A stretch of DNA of 62,398 bases, the filler included. It is 5 parts of 5 records of this genome, joined end to end, with 100 filler letters (N's around TTAATTAATTAA, not from the genome) between each part and the next. Parts side by side here need not be neighbours in the genome. Positions count along the whole stretch, not along the records: positions 1 to 28,131 come from SRR2962707_1838; 4 more parts are not named here. One strand, written 5' to 3'. The position numbers and the translations under genes are program-made. Below, piece after piece: positions 1 to 13,900 of the stretch. The notes beneath the pieces were generated by a model, which worked only from the letters and a program-made list of their open reading frames with translations, made no database searches and had not been told where the DNA came from. Positions within the stretch are counted from its first letter, which is position 1, and each line of letters opens with the position of its first letter.

Positions 1-43
1 CTGGGAAATAAAACCCTCAATGAGGGATTAAAAATCAACCACA

Positions 44-877
44 ATGAAAAAAATAGTTGTTTCTCTTTTTTTACTACTGAATATTACTTCTCTTTTAGCA
101 CAAGAGACAACCTATACCACTAAAAGCGATATTCAATACTATGATGCCGCTACAAATGCTTCGGATGCCTATATTAATGAACGCTGTGTGCTAGATTTAT
201 ACTATCCTACAAACATAGAAAACTACCCAACAGTAGTTTGGTTTCATGGTGGCGGACTTACAGGTGGAGCTAAAGAAATACCTGAAGCTCTAAAAAATAA
301 AGGAATAGCGGTTGTTGGAGTTAATTATCGTTTAAACCCAAAAGTAAAATCGCCTAAATACATTGAAGATGCAGCTGCTGCTGTGGCATGGGTTTTTAAA
401 AATATTGAGGGTTATAAAGGGAATCCTTCCCTCATATTTGTTTCTGGACATTCAGCAGGCGGTTATTTAGCAAGTATGATTGGTTTAGACAAATCGTATT
501 TGGCAAAATTTAATGTAGATGCTAATGCTATTGCAGGACTCATTCCATTTAGCGGACACGCAATTACTCATTTTACCATCAGAAAAGAGCGTGGCATTCC
601 AGGAACACAACCTATAGTTGATAGTTTGGCTCCTTTATATCATGTTCGAGCAGATGCTCCTCCATTATTATTAATTACTGGCGATAGAGAAATGGAAATG
701 CTAGGACGCTATGAAGAAAACGCTTATTTAATGCGAATGATGAAAGTTGCGGGACACAAAAATACTACCTTATACGAAATGGATGGTTACGGACACGGAA
801 TGACAGAACCTGCCTTTCCACTACTTGTTAAAAATGTAAGAAGTATAGTCTCCGAACTAAATAAAGCTAAGAAATAG
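44..877 (+). CDS. Secreted alpha/beta hydrolase (HSL-like/BD-FAE-type esterase)
   Basis: N-terminal signal peptide, HGGG oxyanion motif, GHSAGG nucleophile elbow, C-terminal GHG His. Confidence 0.9.
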   Translation: MKKIVVSLFLLLNITSLLAQETTYTTKSDIQYYDAATNASDAYINERCVLDLYYPTNIENYPTVVWFHGGGLTGGAKEIPEALKNKGIAVVGVNYRLNPKVKSPKYIEDAAAAVAWVFKNIEGYKGNPSLIFVSGHSAGGYLASMIGLDKSYLAKFNVDANAIAGLIPFSGHAITHFTIRKERGIPGTQPIVDSLAPLYHVRADAPPLLLITGDREMEMLGRYEENAYLMRMMKVAGHKNTTLYEMDGYGHGMTEPAFPLLVKNVRSIVSELNKAKK

Positions 878-923
878 CTGTTTTAGTACCCTTACTAAAC
901 ACTTTTATTACCTGCTAGCATAA

Positions 924-1889
924 CTACCGCATTGTACAACGGCAAGGACCCAATCCTTGGAAAATATCTACCCCAATGGTAATCATGTGGGTTCCTGTGC
1001 TGTACGCTTGTATCTCGTTGAGAATAACTTGGTAGGAATAAGCAAAGTAAAAACTTCCCTTTTTCATCCCAATCATAGGACCAACATTTAATGGATCCAT
1101 AAATTGATCGTTTAAGAAACGGTAGCTAATTCCTGCCCAATAATAATCCTCAAAGTCCCAATACCGAACTTTCATGTTGATATCGGTACTCGATCTTCCG
1201 TCGCTTTCATAAAGTTGAAAAAACACTGATGGTTCCCATTCAAAATTAGAGCGTATATTCTTTTTAAATCGATATCCAGAATACACATAATAATTTCTGA
1301 GTCTATTAGGTTCGTTTATAGCAAAGACATTTAAATCTTTATTTAAGATATTCGAAGCATTTAAACTTGCAAAAAAACCTCCACTCCTTAATAAAACTCC
1401 CACATCAAAATTATGATTTGTAGTAGAACGATTATCGGTAATGCTAGGATCTGTATTGTCTGGAATACCATCTCCATCCGCATCAAAATTATTAATATCT
1501 AAACGAAACTGATTAATATTATAGGAGATTCCAAAGGACAAAAAACGATCTTCAGACTCGTCTAAAGTAAGGTGGTGAGCAAAAGAGAGTCTCGCTCCCA
1601 TTTGCTGTGTATTTCCATTTCTATCATTATAAAACAAAGCACCAACCCCAGATTTATCTCCCACACGAACATCTCCCACAAGGGTTTGGGTATCTGGCGC
1701 ATCATTAATACCCACCCATTGCGTTAAGGCATTCCCTCGTATTTTTACATAATCTCCAATTCCGGCATAGGTAGGGGAAATTACAAATTCGTTGTCTGCT
1801 AAATATTGTGTAAATGTAGGAAGTGTTAATTCCTGAGCTTTAACAGAAAAACCTACCGTTATTGCAATTATAAAAAGATACTTTTTCAT
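924..1889 (-). CDS. sprF: PorP/SprF-family T9SS outer-membrane barrel (SprF-like)
   Basis: QYL..N.F.I.P.YAG, QWVG..DAP.TQ and C-terminal GTHxI motifs of PorP/SprF; directly downstream of a type-B CTD adhesin. Confidence 0.88.
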   Translation of the reverse strand: MKKYLFIIAITVGFSVKAQELTLPTFTQYLADNEFVISPTYAGIGDYVKIRGNALTQWVGINDAPDTQTLVGDVRVGDKSGVGALFYNDRNGNTQQMGARLSFAHHLTLDESEDRFLSFGISYNINQFRLDINNFDADGDGIPDNTDPSITDNRSTTNHNFDVGVLLRSGGFFASLNASNILNKDLNVFAINEPNRLRNYYVYSGYRFKKNIRSNFEWEPSVFFQLYESDGRSSTDINMKVRYWDFEDYYWAGISYRFLNDQFMDPLNVGPMIGMKKGSFYFAYSYQVILNEIQAYSTGTHMITIGVDIFQGLGPCRCTMR

Positions 1890-1910
1890 TTTATTTTAAA
1901 ATTTTTATCA

Positions 1911-1953
1911 TGATGAGACTCAAACAAAAAATAATTCTGTTTGAGTCTTATCA
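1911..1953 (-). other. Intergenic stem-loop between sprB and sprF
   Basis: TGATGAGACTCAAACA (1911-1926) / TGTTTGAGTCTTATCA (1938-1953): 16-bp inverted repeat with one mismatch. Confidence 0.65.
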
Positions 1954-1961
1954 ATTTTTCT

Positions 1962-4900
1962 TTATCTATAAAGTGTAAAATGTCCAACAAACTCTCTATC
2001 GTCCTCTGCACCATTCAGCTTAATAACATACCAGTAATCTCCTGTTGGTAATAAGGCGCCGTTATAACGTCCATCCCATTCGTCTCCAACACGAAGTTCT
2101 GCAACTACCCTTCCGTAGCGATCATAGATTTTGGTAACTATTTTAGGATATAAAAGCGTGTTTTTAGGAGTCCAAGTATCGTTATTATTATCGCCATCTG
2201 GAGTGAATACATTTGGAACATCTATATCTATAAATTCCATATCAATCTGTGCAACAACTTCACACCCATTAGCATCTATAACTTTAACTTCATAAACACC
2301 ACTTTCTCTAATAACATATTTGGAATCGTTTCCATTAGAAACCCCATCAATAAAATACTCATACGGAGCAGCTCCACCAGTAGGTAAAATGGTAAACTCG
2401 TTAATATTACTTTCTCCTACCGAAAGGTTTAAAGGAACTATTGGATCTACTGTGAAATCCACAGTTTTCTCACATCCAAAGTAAGAAACAGTAACCGTAT
2501 GTTTTCCTGGGGCAAGGTTTGAGAATCTATTTTCAAACTGATCTACTCCTCCATCCAAAGTGTAAATAACATCTTCTAAATTATCTTGAGCCAACATAAT
2601 TGTAACCTCATTAACCGCACTATTGTCAAAACAATTCTGACTCATCTCTGCTCTTGGAGAAAGATCAACCGATTTATCCAATGTTACAATAACATTTGTA
2701 GAACATCCATTGGCGTCTTTAACAAAAACAACATAAGTTTCTCCCCCCTCTAAACCGTCAAACATTGTTTTATTTTCTATAAACTTATCGTCTTCTTGCG
2801 TATTTAAAGCGGTATAATAAGGAGGCGTACCCCCTTCAATATTAATTTCAAAGCTTGCTGTTTTGTCTCCAGCACAAAACTCTTTCTCCAAAATATTGGC
2901 CTTAGCAGCAACTGGACTTGGTGCAACAATCTCCTTTTTATAAACAAATGGGTTACAACCTTTAGAATCCTGAGCAATAATGGTATACGTTCCTGGCTCT
3001 AAGTCTTCAAAAACATTTTTGTTTTGGAATTGATCTAGATTTGGAGAAATTGCATATTGATATACTCCAGAACCTCCTTGAAGCTCTAATTCTATGCTAC
3101 CTAAATCGTCTGAACATATAGGATTGAAAATCACAGGTTCTTTAGAGGTTAGTTCCTCCCCTTCTTCAATCTGAATACGCTCTTGCGCTATACAATCGCC
3201 ACTTTCAACCTCAACAAAATAAACCCCAGCAGGTAAATCTGAGAATGTATTTCCTGATTGCTGTGGTCTTACCACTACATTTCCTGAAACATCGAACAAC
3301 GTATATAAATAATCTCCTAAACCACCCGTTACATCAACTTTAATATAGCCTGTTGCTTCGTCATAACAACTTACATCTGCAACTACAGTAGGTGTAATTT
3401 CTAGAGGACGTATTGGAGATATTGTTACACTATTTGAAATATTTGAAATACAACCATTAGAATCTCTTACATAATATTGATGCATTTCTGTTGTTGTAAT
3501 GGGTTCTGGGACATCAATTTGAATGCTATTACCACTCATACTCATCCAACCACTATTTGCTGAGGTACTGTATTCATAACCCGAACCTGTGCCACCTGTT
3601 ACAGTTAATTCTAACGTAGCTCCTGTTGTACACGTATTACCTGCTACTAAACGTAATGAAGCAAATACCTCCGTTGGTTCTGTAACTGAAACTGGAAGAG
3701 TGACAAAATCACAATCGTGATTATCGGTAACTGTTACACTATAATCTCCTGCTCCCAGATTATTAAATACATTTGACAATTGTGGTGCAGAGCTAGAAAT
3801 AACTCCTCCACTCTGGTCAAGTCTATTTAAGATATACAAATACTCAACCGTAGCATCAAAATCAGGTCTACCACCAGTAACTCCTGTAACCGTTATACTT
3901 CCTGTTTTATCTCCCTCACAAAGCACATCAATAGAAGTTGCAGTAGCTGTTGCATTAATAGGAATAGGTTGCGTTAGCGTAACTGTTTCTACCTCTTCAC
4001 AACCTTCAGCATCTTTTACGTATACTTCATAAATTCCTGCTGAAACATTCGTGAAAATATTATTTACGCTATAATCTCCAGTTGAAGGAGTAGCTCCCTG
4101 TAAAACTAAGGCATATTGATAGCTTCCCCATCCTCCGGTTGCAGTAGCAACAATCTCAGCTTGATTTGTAATACAACTCAAATCTTCTGTAACCACAGCG
4201 TTTAGATCTAGTCCTTTTGTAGGGGACTTTATATTTACTGTATTAGATGTAGCTGGACAGTAAGGAGAATCTAGAGCAATAACTTCAACATAATAATTCC
4301 CTGCTGGAATTCCACTTATAGCTATTGGCGTTGAAGCTATCCCTGATCCTGTCACCCCAATAGATGTTCCATTACTAGCAAACACTTCATAAGTATAATC
4401 TCCAATATAATCGCTTACGTTAATAGTAATTTCTCCTGTTGCGGAACCAATACAGCTTACCGATGAACTCGCATTAGCCGTAGCTTTGATAGTATTATAA
4501 GGATTTACTGTATATGGAGCTGTAATAAAGAAGCATCCTGTTACATTATCTGTTACTTGGAAGACATAATCTCCTGGTGTTGGCAAATCAAAGTTTATTG
4601 TTTGTCCAATTAATGGTTTTGTCGGCCCTACAGGTAGTAATTCAACTGAAAAATCTCCAGAACCTCCATCTATTGTAACGGCAACTTCTTCAGTATTAGC
4701 ACATGTAATGGCTCTTACTGGTGTAACTCCTACCGCTGTAATTTTAGGAAGTGTATTTATTGTTACTGGGTAAGTATCAAAACACCCATTTGCATCTTTA
4801 ACATATAATGTATAGGTTTCATCGTTTCCAGTATCAACTACATCAAAAACATTACTGTTTTGATAATTTGTCCCATCTATACTATATAAATAAGGTGCTG

Positions 4901-7900
4901 TTCCTGTAATAGGGTCTACATTGACTGTAATTTGCCCTACTGCAATAGTATTATCTGGGTTACATGAAAATTCTGTAGTAACCACGGCCATAAAATCTAA
5001 AGCGGATGGCTCAGTAATTTCTACAATCTCTTCATCAAAGCATCCTAAAACTGAACTTACCGTAATTGTATAGTTTCCAACTGGCAATCCTGTAAATAAT
5101 CCACTTGTATTCGTAGCCGTAATTGGACCCGTTAATACATATGTATAAGGAGGGTTTACAGATGTAGAAGAGTTTACAGTTGCTTTAATAGTTCCATCAC
5201 TTAATCCTTCACAAGAAACATTTGTTTTCTTAGATATTATTAATTCCGGAATTATAGGGGCTTCAAGCTCTAAATCTATTTGTTCATCACAACCCACACC
5301 ATCTGTAACTGTAAATATATAGGTTCCAACTTGATCTAGACCTGTAAAGGTAGCTATACTTCCGTTGTTTGCTGTAGTTCCATCAGGATATTCAACTTCA
5401 AATGTGTATGTACCATTTCCTCCAATTGCATTGATTGTAACTTGTCCTCCAAGATTATTATTAGAGGCATCACATGATATACTACTATCTATAGTATAAT
5501 TTAGTGCTATTTCTTCATATAAAGTAATTGGAGTTAATAAAACCACAGAACAATCCCAGTTATCAGAAATTCTAACTTCGTAATCTCCTGCACCTAAGCC
5601 TGTAAAAACTGTTGTCATTCCTGTTTGAGGAGCCCCAAAATCAACTCCATCTTTAATCAATTGGAATGTATAAAGTCCTCCTGAACCTCCAGTAACATTA
5701 TCTACTGTAATTTCTCCACTCAATCCTTCACAATTTTGAGTTGAAGCATTAATATCTCCAATAATTGGTGTTGGATTAATAATTCCTTCAGAAGGTAATT
5801 GAACTGAACAACCTTTTTGATCGATTACCCATATTTCATATGTACCTGTAGCCAAGCCTTGAAAACGAGGGCTATCAGAATAATTAGTAATATCATTTTC
5901 ATCTGCGATTGGCGTTGTGTCTACATAATATTTATAGCCACCCCAACCACCAGATACATTAGTGATTTCTATGATGCCATCATTTAAACTACACGTTTGC
6001 GCTGTTGCACTTGCCGTAGCAGTTATATCAACCGATGGTGTAGCAATGGTAAATATTGTAGTTTGAGTACAATAAGGAGCGTTATCTTGAACTACTTCAG
6101 CTAAATAAACTCCTGCATCAAACTGATCTAATGTAATTATTGTATTTGCTATACCAGTATCCGATTTTATAGGAGTTCCATCATCAGTCCTATCATTTGG
6201 AGTGCCATTAGTATTATAAATATATACGAAAACGTCTCCTATATAGGTTGGATCTACCAATTCTATTTCTATTTCTCCTGTTGCAGAACCAAAACAAACT
6301 ACACTAGAAGTAACATTTAAGTCGATTTCAAAAGTATTTGGATCGGTAAGTTCAGCTGTAGTGTTTAATTCACAACCTGTATTATCATTAACAACTTTTA
6401 TTTGATAATTTCCAATATCTAGTCCTGTAAAAGTATGTGTGTCTGAACTCGCAGTACGTGTATCCAACTCATTGCCAGCAGTATCATAAAGTGTATAAAT
6501 TAATATATCCGAACCTATTCCAAGAGATAAGGTAGCGTCTACTTTAATCTCTCCATCTCCACCTCTACAAGTTGGATTAGTTGGTATTGCCACTATATTA
6601 TCTAATCGGTTATATGGTAAAATTGTTTCAGTATCTGAAATAGAACATCCATGTTCGTCATAAACATTTACAACAACACTACCCCCAGCAATATTTGTAA
6701 CATTGAAAGATACTTCATCTCCCTTTTGAGTTCTGTCATCGGCTGGATCTCCTGGTGTTCCATTATCGTAAATAAACTCATAGGTATAATCTCCTGTACC
6801 TCCATTAACTCCACTCGCCGTAACTGTTGCTTTATTCAAGGAATTTCCTGTGGTACAAGCAAACTCAGTAACATTTAATGTTAAGTCTTCAAGTACTTCA
6901 GGCTGATAAATAGTTTCTGTAATGGTGGAAGAACATTGATTATTAGAATTTCCTATTACCTCAATAGTATATTCATTTCCAGCAACTGTACCTGCTAAAC
7001 CACTAAATGTAGCTTGATATGAAGGCGCAGCATTATCTGGTTGAATATTGGTAATTGAAGATCCATTTAATTCCGTAATAACAAACGTAAAGGGCCCGAT
7101 ACCATTGTCTACTGCCGAAACAGTAATCGTTCCATTGTCGGCATTAAAACAATCTACATCCGTTTTATTTTCTATTGCAGGAACTGGCTCTAATTTAACT
7201 GGTACATCTACATTTACAGAAACTGTACACCCTCCATTTGCAGCATCTGTTACTGCAATTGTATATGTTCCAGGAACATTTGCTTGTGTAAAAATTGTAG
7301 GGTTTGTAACCATGGTAACATTTGTAGCAGGGTTACTAAATCCGGCTGGTCCTGTAATTGTATAGGTAATATTTGAAAGGGCAGAACCTGAAGAGCCTCC
7401 GTTTACTTCAAAAATGAGTTCAGCATCTTCATCCCCTATTTGGCAATCTAATTTTTCATTTACATCCGCTTTAACAGTTAACGGTTCATAAATGTTTACT
7501 GCTGAAGTTCCAGTTGTAATACAGCCATTGGTATCTTTTACTAAAATATCATAACTACCTACTGCAAGGTTTGTAAACTCATTATCGTTTAACTGACCAA
7601 AAGTTATTCCATTATCGATAGAATAATAATAATCTCCTGATCCTCCAGTTGCTATAATAGTGATAGTAGAACTTCCGTCACAATTATCTGTTACTATGTC
7701 TGTAATAGATGGGGGTTGAGAAATGTTAAGTGTAACATCTCCTATATAATCTTCACATCCAAATTGGTCTACAACAGATATACTTATAGTTATCGAAACA
7801 ACTGATGGATCTAAAACATCATCAATAGAAACTTCCATTGGGTTGTTAGTAGTTCTAATTTCATCGGCAGTATCACTAACACCATCTCCATTCGTATCAA

Positions 7901-10900
7901 AATTAGTACTTGTAAGAATATAGGTGTATTCTCCACCGCCACCTGTAATATCAGGAACTTCTATTAACCCTGCTGTTTCACAGGTAATATCTCTTATGTT
8001 ATTAGGATTTCCTGAGATTGGGTCTTGTTCTTCAATAAGAATGTTTTCAGTTGCTGTAATACATGCATCCGTTCCAGCACCATCATGTTGTACAATACTA
8101 ATATAATATTCACCTGGTGCAAATAAATTTGGAATATCATATGCTTGCGGGGATGTGTATAGTACATCTGTAGGACTTGAATAGACAACTGTTCCAGTTA
8201 TTACATTAATAACCTCATAGTTAATATAAGGTTCTACAGTTCCATCGTTATCTGTAAGCTGAAATGATATTTCTGCATCATTAGCCCCTGAACAGGATGG
8301 TTCATAACTAACATCTACCTCCATTGGTAAATCAATCAAATCATTTACATTTACGTAACTTTGACGTACACAACCAGAATCATCTCTTACATAAAAAACA
8401 TAAGTTCTTCCTGGAATTAGCTTATCAAATACATAGTTACCTGGTCTTTGTGTTGTCCAAGGAAAACTAGGGTTGTCTTTATCAAAATTAGCAGGATCAT
8501 CAGTATATGTATATTGGTAGGGTGAATTTCCTTCTGATCCTTGAACAGTAACTTGGAGTTCATTACAATTAACAACAATTGCATGAATAGTTATATCTAA
8601 ATCATCTAAAGGATAAGGAATAATATATCTAGGAAAATCTGTTTGACAGATTGTATTTCCAACGCTATCTACAGTTCTAATTGATGGATATACTATCTCC
8701 CCTGATAAATACGCAGTACCTGTAAATTGAGATGAAGATTGCCATGTTGTTCCTCCATCGGCACTAAATTCAACAGTACCTATAGTAGTTGTATAATTTT
8801 CAAATTCAAACCCATAATCTGTATCAACAGCACTCACACAGCTAGCTGGTAAAATCGGATCGATAGTTGCCGTTAGTTCATCTGGAGCTATAATTGCTGC
8901 AGTAGCTGGAGCAGGACAACCATAATTATCGGTTACTGTAATGGTATAGTTTGCAGGAGGAAGATTGTAAAAAGTTCTGCTATTCCCTGTAAAATTATCT
9001 ACAGTAGCTACATTTGTAACTCCATCATTTACAACAATATCAAAAGGGCCTACGCCTCCAGAAATAGTTAATTCTAAAGAACCCTTGTCGTCATGACATT
9101 TAGGTTGTGTAGCTGTAACAGCTGTACTTATTGAAGTAACTTCTTTCACCTCAACAGTTTCCATGTAATTACATACACCGCTTCCATCTTTTACATAAAC
9201 ATCGTATAAACCTGCATTACCAGAAGTAATCGTTAAAATATTTGTGCTTATATAGTCTGCATTTGTTGGTATAACTCCATCATCCATAAAGGCATACTCA
9301 TAACTTCCGTCTCCCCCCGATGCTGTTACTTCAATAGATCCATCGTTACAAGCTATATCTGTTGGGACAACTACTGCATCTAATTTTTCCGTTATAGTAA
9401 CATCATCTAATGTAAGACTACATCCAAATCCGTCTTTAATTGTAATATCATAATCTCCTGGCACAAGTCCAGAAATAGTATGATGTGTGCCATCAATATT
9501 AAAACCCTTAAAGATTCCTCCATTGATACTTACTTGATAGTTTCCATTTCCATTTGTTACCTCAATTTCAATTGTAGCATTGTTATCGCCAGCGTAACAA
9601 GTTGTTGGAATGGCAGTAAAAGTAATAGGATTTGGAGCGGTTACTGATACTGCGGTTGATACTCCCTCACAATTATTACTGTCTTTTACACGTACTATAT
9701 AATCTCCTATTGGTAAATTGCTAAAAACTCTATTCGTCCCATTAGTAGCAAACTCATATCCGGTAATTGGGCTTCCAGAAATGTCTTCCAACTGATAAGT
9801 ATATCCAGGTGTTCCTCCAGTAGCTGTTGTTGCAGTTATGGTTGCTGTTGCTACATTACATGTTATTTCTGAAGTTATTTGTGCAGTAACCACTACTGGA
9901 TCTGGTTCTGTAATGATAAAAAGTAAATCTTTACTACACGCAAGAGAAGGGGTAACACTTTGATTATCAATATCCCGAACGGATAATGTATACGTTCCTG
10001 CTCCTAATCCTACAGAAATTGTTTCTGTAGCACTGGTTGATGTTCCTAATGCGGAAGTAGCAAAATTATCCAAGCTATATTCATATCCACTAGCACCGAA
10101 ATTGGTTACTGAAATGGTAACTTCACTATTGTTATCTCCATTACAGCTTACACTAGTTGTACCTATAACTTCTGCTGTAAACTTGTGACCGTCTTCAACA
10201 ATAACCTTAATATTTTTACTTAAAGGACATTTTTCTGGTATTTGAGTTACTAAAATATCATCTATAGTTAAATCATTTCCATCTTCTACTGTTGAATTGG
10301 TTCTAACCACCAAATCTAACTCAGTATGACCATTCGGATTTAAATCTATAATAAATTGCTCCCATTGTTCTGACTTAGGAATAATACCTGTTAAGTCTTG
10401 AGCAATAACAGCATCATTACTTGGATCTACTAATTGAATTACAATATTAGGGTCTCCTTTACTAGAACCTGTAAAAGATTCCATTAAATTTTGTCCCCAT
10501 ATAGAAACTTGTACATCTTGGTTGGGAAGGAAATCTTTTATTGGCTTTCTGTAAATAACACCACCCATTCCGGCAACACCCCCAATATTAATAGCTAAGA
10601 ATCTACCGTTCGTATTTCCTGTGTGATCTATAACATCAACCCAATCTCCAAAGTCTTGTGCTATTTTTTGAGTTACCGAATATTCACCATCGTTAATTCT
10701 AGTATCGTTTATATCTTCCTGAGATCCGCAATTTCCTCCAGCTATTTGATCTTCATAACAGTAAACTGAAGAATCAATACTTGGGATGCTTGTGTTCGGA
10801 CCCGATCCAAAATCTTCCACCAATAAAACACTTGGAGTAGCAGGTAAATTACTAATATAATTAACCGTTATATCGTGAGTTCCAGGAGCTACCCCTTCAA

Positions 10901-13900
10901 ATTCGTTAGATACTTGTTCAGTTCCTCCATTCAACTGATAAGTATAATCATACGTTGAAGGTGAAGCGTTAACAGTTATGCTTCCTGTACCATCGCAATT
11001 ATAATCAACTAGGGCATCTAATTCAGGCTCTTCTGGTCCTTCTTCTACCATAATTGGCATAGGTCCAAAAATACATCCGCTAGCATCTTTTATATATAAT
11101 TCGTATGTTCCCGGCATTAAATTTTGAGTCGCAGATGCCCCATAACTTGATCCACCATCAAAACTATATTCATATGGAATTGTTCCTCCTTGTGCATTGG
11201 TAATTCTAACATCGGCACCAACACTCGGATTGCATTCTACTAAAGCTGCCACATTTGCTGAAGCTGTTAACTCTTGCGGCTGGTTTATCGTATAAAATAA
11301 ATCTACTTCACATCCTTGGGAGTCCTTTACAACAATATTATAGTTTCCAGAGATAAGATTATTAAATACATTTGATGGTTGAAACGTTGAGCCATTATCA
11401 ATAGAATATTCAGTATAATTTCCAGAACCTCCTCCTGCAGTTATGGTTAACGTAGATGTTGTTCCATTACATAAAATTTCTGTATTTGAAGCTGTTACCT
11501 TAAGCTCAGGGTCGGCAGTAATGGTAATATCGTATTTGGCTTCACAATATCCAGTTCCTCCGGCATGATCTCTTACATATACATCGTAATCTCCAGCTGT
11601 GGTAATATTTACGGGGTTGGTTGTTGAAAAAGAATTTGGTGTGATGCCATCAGAAACAATAGCATATACATAATTTCCATCACCTCCCGTTGCTGTAATG
11701 GTTACATCTGTTGATGTCCCACAAGCTGAAATCGGATTTGCTGAAGCTATTACATCCAACTCCGGATTAACCGTAATGGTTTCTGTATCGGTACAATTCT
11801 TTTCATCAGTTACTGTAACTGTATAAGTTCCGGGACCTAACTTATCAAAGCTTCCTGTTGTATTGGTTCTCCCTCCATTTAATGTATAACTTAAAATCCC
11901 AGAACCACCAGAAATTACAGAAGCTGTTAATGTTAATCCTGTTGTGGCGTCATAACAAACATCATTTGCAGAAATAGAAAGTACTGGTGGAATAGCTGCA
12001 TCAATATTAAAATTACTTGTTGCTACATTACATCCATTAGCATCTTGTACTTCAATAGTATAACTTCCAAAAGAAAGTCCTGTAAAGGATCCTGAAGTAT
12101 TACTAGTTATTGAAGTATTTGAACTATCTAAAAGGTTATATGTATAACTTCCCCATCCTCCAGATGCAGTTATGGTTACGGATCCTAAAACTGCACCAGA
12201 TGGAGAACAACTCTCATGTGTTATATCTGGAGTGCCCAATACTAATTGTGAAGTTGGTTCTTCTATGGTAACAGTATCGGTATCTGTACAATCTGTTTGA
12301 GGGTCTGTTACAGTAATTGTATAAACTCCTGCTTCTAATCCAGTAATATCTATTATTGAATTTGTTTGTGGTGTAGCCGAAGATTGTACTTCTGTATTTG
12401 ATGCATCTACAACGGTATAATTATAATTAGTAATGAATCCGCTTACAGTATATCTTATTTCTCCATCTGATCCATTAACACAACTTACATTACTAATTAA
12501 CTGCCCTACTACTCCTATTGGAGTTGATAGAGGAATAGTTAGGTTTTCATTATAAGTACAGCCTTTTTCGTCTGTTACTTTAAAGGTATATGTATTACCT
12601 GCTGCTAAACCATTAAATATGTTATTGGTTCCATTAACAGTAACAGAAGATGCAGGTGCAATAATTTCATAATTAATTAAACCCGCTCCACCAACAACAG
12701 AAAGTGTAACATTAGACGTTTGTGCCGGACATTGAGGAACAGTTGTATTAAAACTAATATCTGTAGGAGGAGTTAAAGGATCTATTGTAATTTCATTAGT
12801 TTCTTGAACACAATCTGGATTATTCTTATCTCTATAGCTAGGAGTAAAAGTTCCAGCTGTTAGATTATTAAAAACAGGACTGTCCTGCCAATTTACACCA
12901 TCAATAGAATACTCAAAAATTCCTGAACCACCAGTTGCATTACCAAAAGTAATTTGTCCATTTTCTAAACAAGTATAATCGTTTGTTAGATTTGCATCAG
13001 CTGAAATTTGAACTCCCTCTTCTATAGTTATTATAGTATCAAAATCACAAGTTCTATTACCTTTACTCCCTCTTACAATTACATTATATTCTCCAGGCTC
13101 TAAATTATTAAAGTTTGGATTTGCATCAAATTCTTCCCCATCTATGCTATATAATACTTTATAACCATTAGCATTAATTAAATTTACTGTTATTGTTCCG
13201 TCATTTGAACCAAAGCATATTTCGTCTGTATGGTCGACAGAAAATTCTACATCAGGTTCTACAATAATGGTTACTCTATTTGAAATGACATAACAATTAT
13301 TTCTATCTAAAACTATAAACTCATATTGTCCTTGTTCTCCAAGAAATATATCAAAAATATTTCTTGTTTGGTAAGCATCTGCGGGGATGTCATCTACAGA
13401 AGCATATAAATCTCCTCCGTTTCCATTTTCATCAATATAACTCCAAATAGCGTAATTATATGGTGTTTTTCCTCCTGTTGCATTCAATAAAATATTTCCT
13501 TCTCTACAACTAACATTTTGAGAAACAACAGCGTTAAGCTCCATATTCTCTGGAGCTATAATTGTATAAGGTTCAGAAAAAGTACAGCCATCTTCTGTTG
13601 TAACTTCGATAGAATAAGTCCCAGGATCAAGCTCTGCAAATTGATGAAAATTATCATCCGATTGATTTTCATCATCAACAACAGCTCCTGCCTCATCTTT
13701 TATCACGTAGGTGTACCATGCTCTTGCGCCACTTACATTAATATCGAACGATCCTTTGGCATTACTACAAGTAGGGTTGTTTACAGTTACATCTACAGCA
13801 AATTCTCTTTTGGTAATAACTACATTTTCAAATTTGAACAAACATGGTTCTCTGTCCCCTTCTTCTAAATCAATATTTGCCTGACGAATGTATATATTGT

